A DNA stretch of 64,000 nt from Antedon mediterranea. Its lineage: Eukaryota; Animalia; Echinodermata. Below are positions 11,805-23,700 of the stretch, piece after piece. Under the pieces are notes generated by a model that saw nothing but the letters and a program-made list of their open reading frames with translations, ran no database searches and was not told the DNA's origin. Position 1 is the stretch's first letter, and each line of letters opens with the position of its first letter. The stretch is from positions 14,446,001 through 14,510,000 of the forward strand of contig NC_092674.1 in assembly GCF_964355755.1 (NCBI RefSeq), given 5' to 3'. The position numbers and the translations under genes are program-made.

Positions 11805-13902
11805 GATTGTTGTTAATATCTCCTACTTTGGCCTCTCTCTGAGTACTTCTGATTTTGGCGTTAATCATTACATATCTTTTCTTGTATCTGGTGCTACCGA
11901 GAAACCAGCATATGCATTGAGTATTGTAGCTCTGGACTATTTTGGACGCAGACGATCTTTATCAGCAACATTGTTACTCGGTGGCGTTGCTTGTTTACTA
12001 ACTATTTTTATTCGTAAGTAAACAACAACACCAATAATGATAATAATGATAATAATAAAAGAATTTATAATGCCCACAGCTGCAGTACATACATGTATAA
12101 AACCATTTATGTTAAAAAATGAATAAAACAAGTTAAAATTCCATAAAGGTCTACGACAACTAGTGATACTGAGGTAATTAAACTGTTTGTTTAAAGGATT
12201 TGGTATTTGCTTCCATAGTCAAATACAGAATTAGCTTTCGAAAGTATTACCTTTCGAATTCCAACGTAAAAGCTTACCCGGACACCTTTCAGTAGTTTTA
12301 ATATACTGCATTATTATAAGAATGAGGACAGTAACATTTCAGCACATTAAGTCCTAATAGAAGTCTATGTAATTTAAACAAGTCATCAATAGATAATAAT
12401 TCTAGCACTTTCAATCTATAAAAATAAGATGTGTCACAGGAACCTTTCTCAACATCATTCTCCGTGTTGATTTCCTTTGTATACTTTCTATTCTATTAAT
12501 TAACTTCTCAAATGGTGCCCACATTGACGATCTTGTTGTACGCGGTATTGTAAACTTCTCCATAACATTCACCAGCTGTCCAAAGTCTGATGGAACTCTA
12601 AACAGTATAGTATCATCTGATGATCTAAGTGAGCAAGCTGGTTGATACGATACAAGATTCTACTCAAATAATAATTTGGAGCAATATTCTGTCGTGCTTT
12701 AAATGTGGTTATGAGTAATTCATACTTAATCCTGCGATGAACTGGTAGCCAATGAAGAAGATCTATGAATTAAAAGTTCCTCTTAATTATTGGTGATTCG
12801 ACTAGAATCACCTATTGATTTTTTATGAATAAATATAGTAAGACATCACTGTGTTTTGTTTATACCAATAATTGACTTTGTAATATATTTTTTATTTTGT
12901 TGAAAAGCAATGGGAATAGGACGACTGACAGTAGCGATGGTAGGAAAGTTTGGAGTAACCGCTGCATTCGGTATTATATTTTTCTATACTGCAGAGCTGT
13001 ATCCAACTAACATACGGTTAGAAATATAATATTCTCCTATTTAGTGGTTATAGCTAGTCTAGTTCAATTGATAAAAGTTAAATACTGTGTTAAACGAGCA
13101 ACTGTAATATTATAATAATTATAATTGTATATTCGTTTGGCAATAGGTCAGTTGCTGTTGGTATTTGTTCAACATCTGGTCGGATTGGAGCCATCCTATC
13201 ACCATATATCCTCCACCTGTCAAGGTATTGGGCACCACTTGCAATGTTAACATTCAGTGTATTAGCTATTTCATCTGGAGTACTTGTTTTAATTTTACCC
13301 GAAACTGCCAATAGAAAGTTACCAGATACAATGGATGAAGTCACAGAACTTAAAATGTAAGGGTTTGTTTGCAAATGTTTCAAAATTTGAATTCAGAATG
13401 TACAAATATACCGGAGTCATTGAAACATAATGGGTTCAGTAAGATGTCTAATCTATCAGGGCACGAATTATGATTATTATGTGTAATTTGTTGTTTTTTG
13501 TAATTATAAAGTTAATATTTGCATCATTTGTTGTCAGCGCTAGTAAGAGCATGTTGCTTTGGTAGGTGTCTCTGTGTGTGTGGTTTATCGTCTTTCTAAG
13601 TTTACAGCATCGTTTCGACCAGGGAAGACTTGTAGACGTAGGCCTATATGTTACAGGAATACGATCACTTTTAAATATAATGGTCTGAACAAACATGTTA
13701 AAACGTAAAATAGCTATTTTAATTTAAACTAACCACCTTGGGTGTATTTGTATAATTTCTTTCACTTTATTTTCTACACTTTTTAATGTCTATTAATGAT
13801 AATATTAACGTTTTATATTTTATCTTCAGATCTGTGACAAAATTATCGTCAGCAGAATTAGAAGAAAAAGAAACTATGACACAAACCACATTGATATCAT
13901 GA
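11805..13902 (+). CDS. SLC22-family organic cation/anion transporter, C-terminal half (about TM7-TM12); exons 11805-12013, 12908-13016, 13147-13356, 13830-13902
   Basis: Motifs YFGLSL, E-x-[37 protein letters not shown] and LPET..LPDT; canonical GT-AG sites with compatible phases; TGA at 13900-13902. N-terminal exons not seen in the window. Confidence 0.88.
12540..12765 (-). mobile_element. Degraded L2-type LINE C-terminal fragment in an SLC22 intron
   Basis: Reverse strand reads [26 protein letters not shown] with frameshifts. Confidence 0.6.
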
Positions 13903-14899
13903 GAAAAGTTACACCGACGTACCGTGAAAGACTTCCGTAAAAACGTTGCTTGCACTGATCTACTGCCAGACACATAAGACTTGTTTAATGTACCGGTACT
14001 TTTATTATTTATAGATAGTATAACGATAACCTTTATATCCAACAGAACCTATGAAAAAGCTTATAATATAGGTAACTAAATGCATTTCACCAACTGGTTG
14101 TAAGTATTTCACAAGATTGGGAAATTAATAACATTTTCCAAGTTATTTCAAATTTTAGTTACGTTTTAATGTTTTATTGATAGACAAATAAATAAATGGG
14201 GAAAAAAATCACACAATCTTTTGTTTGACTTTGAGGCCTTTTCGCAGTTGTAATAAATTTAATCACTTCCGTAGTAAAAAAAAATCAATGTTTTTACTTT
14301 CAAAAGTAAAGTTAACAATTCAACCTAAACCCCATCCAATTTGACTATTTTTTTGCACTTTTGTGTGAAATGAATAACTATTATGTGACATTAAAATGGA
14401 ATATTCAACAAAGCATTACAAAATAAAAATCAAGGTGACAATATATCTTTAAAGAGATGAACCGTGCAGAAAATAGAACTTATATTAAAGGGTCATCAGG
14501 TAATATAAATACATATAAAGCATTATAAAAACATAGCAAAACAAAGAAAAAAAAAATAGTATGCCAAAACTTGTATTATAAAATCATTTAAAATAGCGTC
14601 TCTGAATTTAAGTTTAAATAAGTATATGGAACTAAAACTTCGGAGATTAGTAGGCCTAGATAAAGAATTCAATTATTTGGCAGCCAGATAACCAAAATAA
14701 GAATCAATGTTGTAGTTTTTGTAGATACAGGTTTTTTATAATTTTTATTTAAATGACAGTTAATAATAATATAATATATATTAAATAAAGTATTGAAGTG
14801 GAAATAAAGGTGAGTGAATCTCACAAAAGACAATGATTTCTTCTTTTATTGAAAACATGTATTATTAGTAATAACATGGAAATATTTTTTAACTAATTT

Positions 14900-15762
14900 A
14901 AAAAGTAACGAAATATGTTTTCATGTTTTGGGCCTATAAATAATATACCACTAATGAAATAGGCTTACAGTAAAATATTTGCGATTTAATGCTTTGTTAA
15001 AACCATCACTGTCATAGTTGATTGTAATTATTATGTGTTTATATATCTAAAAGCAGGGCCTTCCCACACTCACAGTAATACAGTTTCTTTGTGTATGTGT
15101 TATATATCCAACAGTACCTACACTCACAGTAATATATTTGCGATCCAAATGGCGAACAAAAACGGTTAATACGTATTTACAGTATTATTAAAGTATTGTA
15201 ATACTATATCTAAAGGTTTTAGTTTTATCCCCAATGACCCATAAATGTACCTATTTATGTTAAATCAAATAATTATACTGCGACTGAGAGATTGGAATGT
15301 TCCATTCATCGCTAATCAATAAATTTGTATAAACGTATATTAAATCTAAAATATAGTATTTTTTAAAGAAAATTGGCTTGTCTTCAACATTATTATGCTG
15401 TACTTGAGCTGTTCAATCGATTTTCAGCTATTAAAAATAATCATCGTAGAAGGAGATAGGTAAATGCAAAGCATCCTCGTATATGGAAATCCATTAGACA
15501 TAATCGTATACCACGATCGGAAAACACCCCTATTAGGGGCAAATTGTTTAACTTGCATTCGTTTTAATTTTCAATAACTAATTATCTAACTCAATTTAAG
15601 TATAGTAAACAGGGTTACATCAGGTGGTTAAAATCAGTACCGAAAGTACAAACTAACTTTATATACTATCGAGTAAACATTCTAGAAGTAACGCACGATT
15701 TACGGTACTGAATTTTGCCCTTACGTACATTTTAATTTGCACTTGCGTAAATGTAATATAGA
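14900..15762 (-). mobile_element. Diverged, truncated Helitron family A copy
   Basis: Colinear similarity to 2820-3772, including a TC terminus at 15762. Confidence 0.75.
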
Positions 15763-16027
15763 TTATAGGCCTACATAACCATACAGTGTTTCAAATAAGA
15801 TAGACGATCCACATGATGCTCGCTATTCATTATGCTACACAATTTATTTTATTACTTTTATACATTTTATTATACAGGATAACGTAATTCAGAAAAATAG
15901 GATGTTAAATCTGGTAAAAAAATATTTATTATTATTTGATTATGTATTAAGGATTTACTTTATGTATTGTTCGAATCTGATAGTAGCCCAGAATCAGGTG
16001 ATCGTGTGGGTATTCCATACTTTAGTA

Positions 16028-16258
16028 AATTACAATTAATATTGAATTCATTAGAACTGAGTATTCAAATAAGAAGTAGGTACACCTACTTAAATAATGA
16101 TTAAAATAACTAAACCTACGATGCCGATTATTTCCTCTAATTTACAATTAATATTGAATTCATTAGAACTGAGTATTCAAATAAGAAGTAGGTACACCTA
16201 TTTAAATAATGATTAAAATAACTAAACCTACGATGCCGAGTATTTCCTCTAATTTACA
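16028..16258. repeat. Tandem duplication of about 112 bp
   Basis: ttacaattaatattgaattc...tatttcctct present twice, nearly identical. Confidence 0.85.
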
Positions 16259-16261
16259 GTA

Positions 16262-18200
16262 CTAGAGGGTTCGCTCGCTTCGCTCGCGCACCCTCTAGTG
16301 GGTGTACCCGAATGGTCCTCGAAAACATGACGCCTCTGGAAATTGACGCCCGGTTGACACCTATTCATATGACTGATGAGTAATTGGTACTAATCATAAG
16401 AACGTAGGATGCAAATAATATAATTGTAAAGAACAGTATACGTATAATATCCATATTATATTATTTAATCCAAAGGCAAATTACTGAAAAAATGACAATG
16501 CTGTGGGTATCAGTGGTTGGATCTCAATGGAGATACAAAAAAAAGTAAAAAGCTAAATCAAAACGATAAAGTAAAACAGCCAGAAAAGTTAGCAATCTTT
16601 CGGGCAACACTATAGCCCTTCATCAGTACATCATTATACTTCATCCTTATATTATTATATATATATATATATATTATCTGAACGTTACACACAGGACGAA
16701 ACCGTTAATTGGGGTCATAAATCACTGAAACAGTCTCTAACGTGAACGTATTAAGATACCAACAGCATAGTTTATCAAAGTGGGTGACAGTGAGCGGGGC
16801 TTTAACATTTGTATCACAATATATTATGACAACAGCATCTATCTATATATAAATTATGGTTAGTTCTGACATAGGCGAGCACAATGGAAAAACTTCGGTA
16901 CAAATCTCCGCCTTGGATACGGTACCTACCTTATCTATCTCAGATGTACCGCGAAACGTAGATTTGATAACATTAGTTTTCAGTTCGACGCTATTATTCA
17001 ATATTTCTTTCTTAAGAAGATATTATAGAGAGTGTTTTAATAAAATTTATGATTTCAACAGTAGATTTTCAACTAAATTTCAATTCTTCGCGGTCAAAGT
17101 AATTTCCGGGTTTACGATGAGTTCACCTTGCAACAACCTGGTTTCAACTATTTTCTCTCTTTTATATACAAGGGAGCAGTTAAAATAATAGATTTGACCC
17201 TAAAGGTGACTGGAAACAGGCATTTTCCATCAATCAATACAGTGTCCCTTTGGAAGGCGGAAGAAAAAAACATAGTAGGACTGGAGCTTAAGTTGGCCAT
17301 TAGTCATAGCCATTTCAGTTTTATGTTTATTTTAGGAACGGACCGCACGTGTGTGAAGGTACAGTAGTTAAAAAATAAAAATTATACTGCAAATTAATAA
17401 AGATCAAATTAAATATACGCCATAAAGAATCGGAATATATTGTGGGTAATATAGTATTATTAAATTACGTAGGGAGATTTGATGATAAGACATTTGTTTA
17501 AAATCGAGAGTAAGCAGGCAGGAATAACTATGTCCCGTTAGGACCAAGATGTCTGCTCATGTTGTAAGCCGTAATGTCTTCTTTCTTGGACCCACTCTGT
17601 CATCGGCAGTTAGTTTCAAAAGATGTTTAAATTAAATAATGTATTAATCATTATTAGGATGGTATTTATTTGAATAAACACCTCTCCAATAAAACATCAC
17701 TTTTAATCATAATCCCCCCCCCCCCCACAACCCAACTATCTAATAAACGTCCATCCACATTTATAATAACACAATTATACTATTTGTAATAGAATTCATC
17801 GCACTGTTATCTACAATTTACCAAGCATTTGTTATTCTTTTTTACCAGTTTTCATATCTATTAGAGGATTTCATTTGATTATAAATGTTACCATATTATT
17901 AAAACTAAAACAGTTAACATATATCCCTCGAATAAGAACCCTCCCTCAAATGAACTCCGCCTCCACAAAGGGCCCTACCAAACAATAAACACTATACTTT
18001 AAAGTGTTATTTATCATCTAAGACACTGTGAAACAGAGTAGTTTAGTTTTACGAATGTCAAGCATTTTCAATAATGGTAACCGACAGAAAACGTACAAGG
18101 AGAACATTATCATTCCAAGAACCATCGTCTACACTTCATAGAGGGGGAGCGAGCGTAGTACTGAAAACTAATGTTATCAAATCTAAGTTTATAATATAGA
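16262..18200 (-). mobile_element. Composite non-autonomous Helitron (family C); 5' boundary uncertain (18200 or about 18288)
   Basis: 3' CTAG|T at 16262 in hairpin ctagagggttcgc-tcgcttcgctc-gcgcaccctctag; A|TCTATATTATAAAC at 18200. Confidence 0.55.
16468..16630 (-). mobile_element. Solo Penelope-type pLTR-like repeat with degenerate hammerhead ribozyme
   Basis: Reverse complement of 46243-46405; CUGAUGA-agggc..gccc-GAAA core at 16589-16630. Confidence 0.65.
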
Positions 18201-19465
18201 TAAGGTAGGTATCCAAGGCGGAGATTTATATTGAAGTTTTTCCATTGTGCATGCCTATGTCAGAATTAACCATAATTTATATACAGATGAGGTAATTTAA
18301 AACCGTGAGACTGAGTACTGGTACAGACTTATCCTCCTACTGCAAAATGAATAGTGAATCCAGAGAATCCTTAAAATCTTATTCTATTTGATGTGACGTA
18401 GATACATGTGGCCAAATGCGCAGTAAGACATTTTTATCTATCAATACATGCCGCACTACAATAATAGTAATAATAATAATAACATCTTTATTTTAAAACG
18501 GATGCTCGTTCACAACAAAATGTGTTCTTCCACGAGGCTGTATGAAAGAAACAAAACTACAATATCACAATTATCAAACTGATGAACAAATAAGAAAATT
18601 ATATAATAAAAAAGTATATAAAATGTATATTAGGCCTAATGAATTAATTACTCGAAAAAACAGTCTAAACTCCTGTTTTTGTCAACATGGCGTCGCAATA
18701 TTATTGATCGTTAAATACAACATGTTGAACGAGTTTTCCTTGTTAGATCATATAATATCGATGATCTTATATAGAAATAGATTTTCTTGCGCAGAAATGT
18801 ACGTACTGTTATAATTTTTGATTGAACAAGCGTGACGAACATTACCTTATTTGGTATTTTTAGCATAAAGTACGCCCTTATTAATGTGTTACTGTTCACG
18901 GTCTTAGCTAAATGTGGGCTTATGTCGACACGAACTAATATTTAGGCTATAATTAATATAAAAAAACAATAATTTCGTCATTGTATAATAAGCCGCACAT
19001 CACAACAAATAAAAAAAAATTATGTGTTGTGATTTCTTTTTCCCCATATCAATTTGAATAAAACAAATTGCACAAAAATGTTCGTATTCAAATATCTTTA
19101 AGTGTAACTTTTATCAGTAGTAACAGTGTCCCAGTATCAAACATTTGAAGAAAAAAAAATAATTGATTATATTCTGCTCAAGTTATACTCAAGATAGTGT
19201 TTGTGCAAGGAGTGGTGGAGATACTCTCGTTGTTCGTCATCATTTCCACATTTAAACCACATATAGATATGTAGTCATGAACGACTCCATTAAATTGTGT
19301 AGGCAATCTGGACCAAGAGTCCAATTCTGGTACACTTTTTTACTAACGTTATGCCCTACGTCAAAATTACAAGACGGATCTTTTTCACAATTCTTAATTA
19401 TTTTTCTCATTTTACGCCTCATGGAGGTTGCAGCTCTATAATCGCTCTTGTCTAATATATGCAGC

Positions 19466-20750
19466 TTAAACGTTCGTGTCATTTCCTTGAATATTTCGAT
19501 TGTTGAGTTCATCTTTTAACGACTTCATAAATAAGTTCAGTTGGTCAAAGTCTCTAGTAATTAGATGTTGTTTCGTATCTTGTTCGTAAGCTGCATCGTG
19601 TGTTAATAGAAGGCAAGTACGAATATTGTCCTGCAGAAATTATAAAAAAAGCTCTAAAAAATATTTATTAAGGTAAAAATTATGTTTATTAGAGGGGTAT
19701 GTTAAGGTAGTGTGTGTACACCATGGGTAGTTGTACAGTAGTAGTAGTATTGATGGTGAAGTATTAGTTTCAAATGTATGTACGGGAGAGTTTATTCATT
19801 GACAATTACGAAGTTCAATAGTACCAACAGAATCGGATGCCTGTTAGTTTGGATACGACTTACAAGTACAGAACATAAAGTATAGAAATAATCCTATATA
19901 GTGATACGGAAATATATTAGGAATGCCTACTAGAGTCGGCTGTAGAGTAAACTGTAGAGTTGTGGTATTCATTGGTGACGGTGGTAGAGTTAGTGAATGG
20001 TAGATATTGGTGGTTGAAATATTTAATAGTGGTAGAGTAATTTGTAACTACCGATATGAATGCTAGTAGGCCTACCAACAAAGAAGCTTTAGCTACCAAA
20101 GTGCTATTGTTGTAGTGCTTGAGTAAATGGTGTCGACCGAGAAAATTGTAACCCTGTAGGTAGGTGATTTGAATGATTTAATTATACTTAATAACACGTG
20201 TACAATTCCCATGAATGTATCCCACAATGTATCCTCAGGAACCTTTAATAATTTTTCAGAAAAAAATATTAAGTAAGATTATTTATTTTTAAAAAACAAT
20301 AAGTATCTCGGTGTTCAGCAAATGCTGGATTAGTATACCTCTCCAATTGGAACACGTGACAACATCAACCACAATAACGAAAGTATATTTAAAATGAAGA
20401 ATTAACCCTTTATAGACACATTTTAAAATACTGTACTCTTAAAACATATCATATTACATCACATATTATCTGACCATGTAAAGCGTTTTGATCCGTAAAA
20501 ATATGCGTTCAATGAGTTGTGTTGTTTTAAGAAAATATTTATAAACTTACATTTTCTTTGTATATCACAACATTATCAACGACTACGTGACCGTGGTATA
20601 TATGTCTACCGTGCATGAACTGAAGCGTCCTTTTCAATTGAAGTTCCACATCAGTTATCTGTTCAGCGGATAGTTTGTTTTGTTTCGTATTGCATGCATT
20701 ATAACTGTCATGAACAACCTTAAATGAAGATGTCTCCTTATCGTTGTTTA
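19466..20750 (-). CDS. Receptor exons 34-35: cytoplasmic kinase-C-lobe-like (pseudokinase) tail
   Basis: Spliced translation ..[37 protein letters not shown]|[38 protein letters not shown]..; acceptors tctttcag and tttctgcag, donor gtaagt. Confidence 0.7.
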
Positions 20751-23700
20751 CTGAAAGAGAGTAATAGTAGAGAATAACTGAAAGTATTAATAGGAATGAA
20801 ATAAATACTGAAATTAAATAATAAATCATAATACTAAGAGACAATGCCTATTAATTAACAAATAAATCGTCACAAAAGGCTGATGAATCTCGAGTTATCT
20901 TTATGTATCCGAATGTTAAATAGTTCGCTTGCTGTTGCCCGCAAAGGCTTTGTATTTGATATGTTTGCCACGTTTTAGGCATAGAAGGCCATTACCTGTT
21001 TACATCATAGCTTAATCATTTCCGATTGATAATGAAAACAAAATGGCGTGAACCAGTCATTTACTAACCTGAACGTGTAGTTGAGTGAGCAGTCAATTGT
21101 AATGAACTTAACTTCCTCATTTTACGTTTCTTTGCATCGTTTATCCATAATATTGTATACAGGTATGGATTAAGAGACGCATTGATCGGCAGTATCAGAG
21201 TTGCACTCCAAACGTAAACATCCACTGGGATTTCCCATGAACCTGTTTGAGCAATTATTCCCATTAAAATTATCGGGAACCAGCAACAGAAATCAGTAAA
21301 TATAATCATCGCCATCTTGGTCGCCATTTTGACGTCTGTTCTATTTGAAACGCTTTTCTTGGCGGAGGCAGCTGTTTTCTTTACGATTACGAATATGTAA
21401 ATATAACTAATGGCTATAACAAAAAAACAGAGCAAATTTAAACCCAACACGATTGCTACAGAGTATTCCCATCCAGATAATCGTGTGCTTGTTAATGGTA
21501 ACGACAAACATACACTTGGGCGGCCGTAGAAATCATCGCCGAAGTAAGAAAAGCCTAAGACTGGCAAAAATCCTAAAGTCACAGCAACCAACCAACCACA
21601 AGTTACAATGATATAACTCTTTTTGCGGGTTAACTTTAGTCTACTGAAAGGAAATCCTATCGATATTGCTCTGTCAATACTTATGATAACCAGCGTGAAT
21701 ACTGAGAACTCGCTGGATGTCATAGACAACGCACCTGCGAAATGACATAGGAAACTTGATCTCCATATGGTGGCATACACGGCATATTCTCCACGATAAT
21801 AAACATCGGCACCGGCAATTATGACCATGTAGACACCCATTAAAAAATCTGATATTGCAAGGTTTGTTATAAGAAATGATTGCACGTTATTGTAACTGTT
21901 GTCTCGTACACGCCAGATAACCACGAACACGTTTCCTATAAGGGCACTAACACCTAATATCCACATCATCACTCGGAGGAACGATATTCTCATCAAGTCT
22001 TCACATGACGAAAATATATCAGAAGGTGGTTCACAATGCGTGGCTTCTGACACCATGCAGCAGAATTGGTTGTCATCAGTATACCTGCAACAGAATATTG
22101 AATGATAAACAAAAACAGTTATATTATATTTATGCTAGTCAATCTAGCTAGCTAAAAAACAGCCTAAAGTCAAACAAATTGCAAACAGAGATTTTTCTTT
22201 TTTAAATGGTCACATATAATGAGGAGATCAAAATTTGAGCATCACACCTCTGTCACTCATCCCAATGATATGCAAATTAGCTTAAATATGCAAATTAGGG
22301 TAAAATTACAGGGTTATCATATCTCAATGTTTTCATACATAATGTGACTAAAATGTCTGTAGAGACTTTATTTTGCCGTCAAATGACCCCGATATAGGTT
22401 CCTAATAGCCAGCATAGGACCACTTTATAATTCCCAAAATCACACCTTTGTCACACACCTCGAAAGTATGCAAATTAGTAGTACAAGTTAAATAAAATTG
22501 GCAAATAAGTGGGAATTTACAGTTGTCTCGAAAACTACTAATGCTAGAGAGTTGATTTTTTCACAGCTGTATTTAGAATGTTCATATTTATATTTGCTCC
22601 AATTAAACATTTTACAAGAAAATGACCGGAAGTATGACCCTTGGCCCTATTTCTCAATATTGCATATATAATCAAACTAAAATCTCTGTAGAGACTTTGT
22701 TCTTCCCTCAAATGACTCGGATACAGATTTCTAATAGCCAACATAGGACTGTTTAGTAAATTTCAAAATCACGCCTGTGTCACTCACCTCCAAATTATGC
22801 AAATTGTTAGTACAAGTTACATGAAATATGCAAATTAGGGGTGAAATTACAGGTTCCTATATATCGAAAACCACTAAGGCTAGAGGGTTGATTTTTTGTT
22901 CAGAATGTACATATTTATATTTGTTCTAATAAAACATTTTACGAAAAAATGACCAGAAATACAAAAATTGACCCTCAACCCCATTTATCAATGTTTGCAT
23001 ACATAATGCGACTAAAATGTCTGTAGAAACTTTCTTTGGGACTCAAATGACTCGGATACAGATAAGGTTTCTTATAGTCTGCATAGGACCGCTTTGTAAT
23101 TTCCAAAATCACATCTTTGTTACACACCTCGAAAGTATGCAAATTAGTAGTACAAATTACATGAAATATGCAAATAAGGGGGTGAAATCATAGTTTTCCC
23201 ATATCTCGAAAACCATTAATGCTAGAGCGTTTATTTGTTCAAGGCTTTATTCAGAATTTACATAATTATTTATATTCGCTCTAATAAAACATTTTACCCA
23301 AAAATTATCAGAAGTATGACATTTTATCCTCGAACCTATTTCTCAATATTTGCATATAATGCAACTAAAACAGGCTTTAGTGGTTTTCGATATATAGGAA
23401 CCTGCAATTTCACCTCCTAATTTGCATATTTCATGTAACTTGTACTAATAATTTGCATACTTTGGAGGTTAGTGATACAGGTGTGATTTTGAGATTCACT
23501 TAACAATTCTATGTTGACTATTAGAAACTTGTATTTGAGCCATTTGAGGGCAGAACAAAGTATCTACAGACATTTTAATTTCATTATATATATACAATAT
23601 TTAGAAATGGGGTCATAGGTCAAATGTCATACCTCCGGTCATTTTCTTGTAAAATGTTTTATTGGAGCAAATAGAAATATGTATTTTCTGAATACAGCTG

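Noticed and set aside
19252-19512. 86-aa ORF overlapping the receptor end
   Set aside because: Different frame from the spliced last exon; no motif; most likely 3' UTR.
21064-22056. Stand-alone single-exon 330-aa GPCR
   Set aside because: Has an upstream acceptor at 22085 joining LRR exons in frame and a donor overlapping the apparent stop; it is exon 33 of the larger gene.
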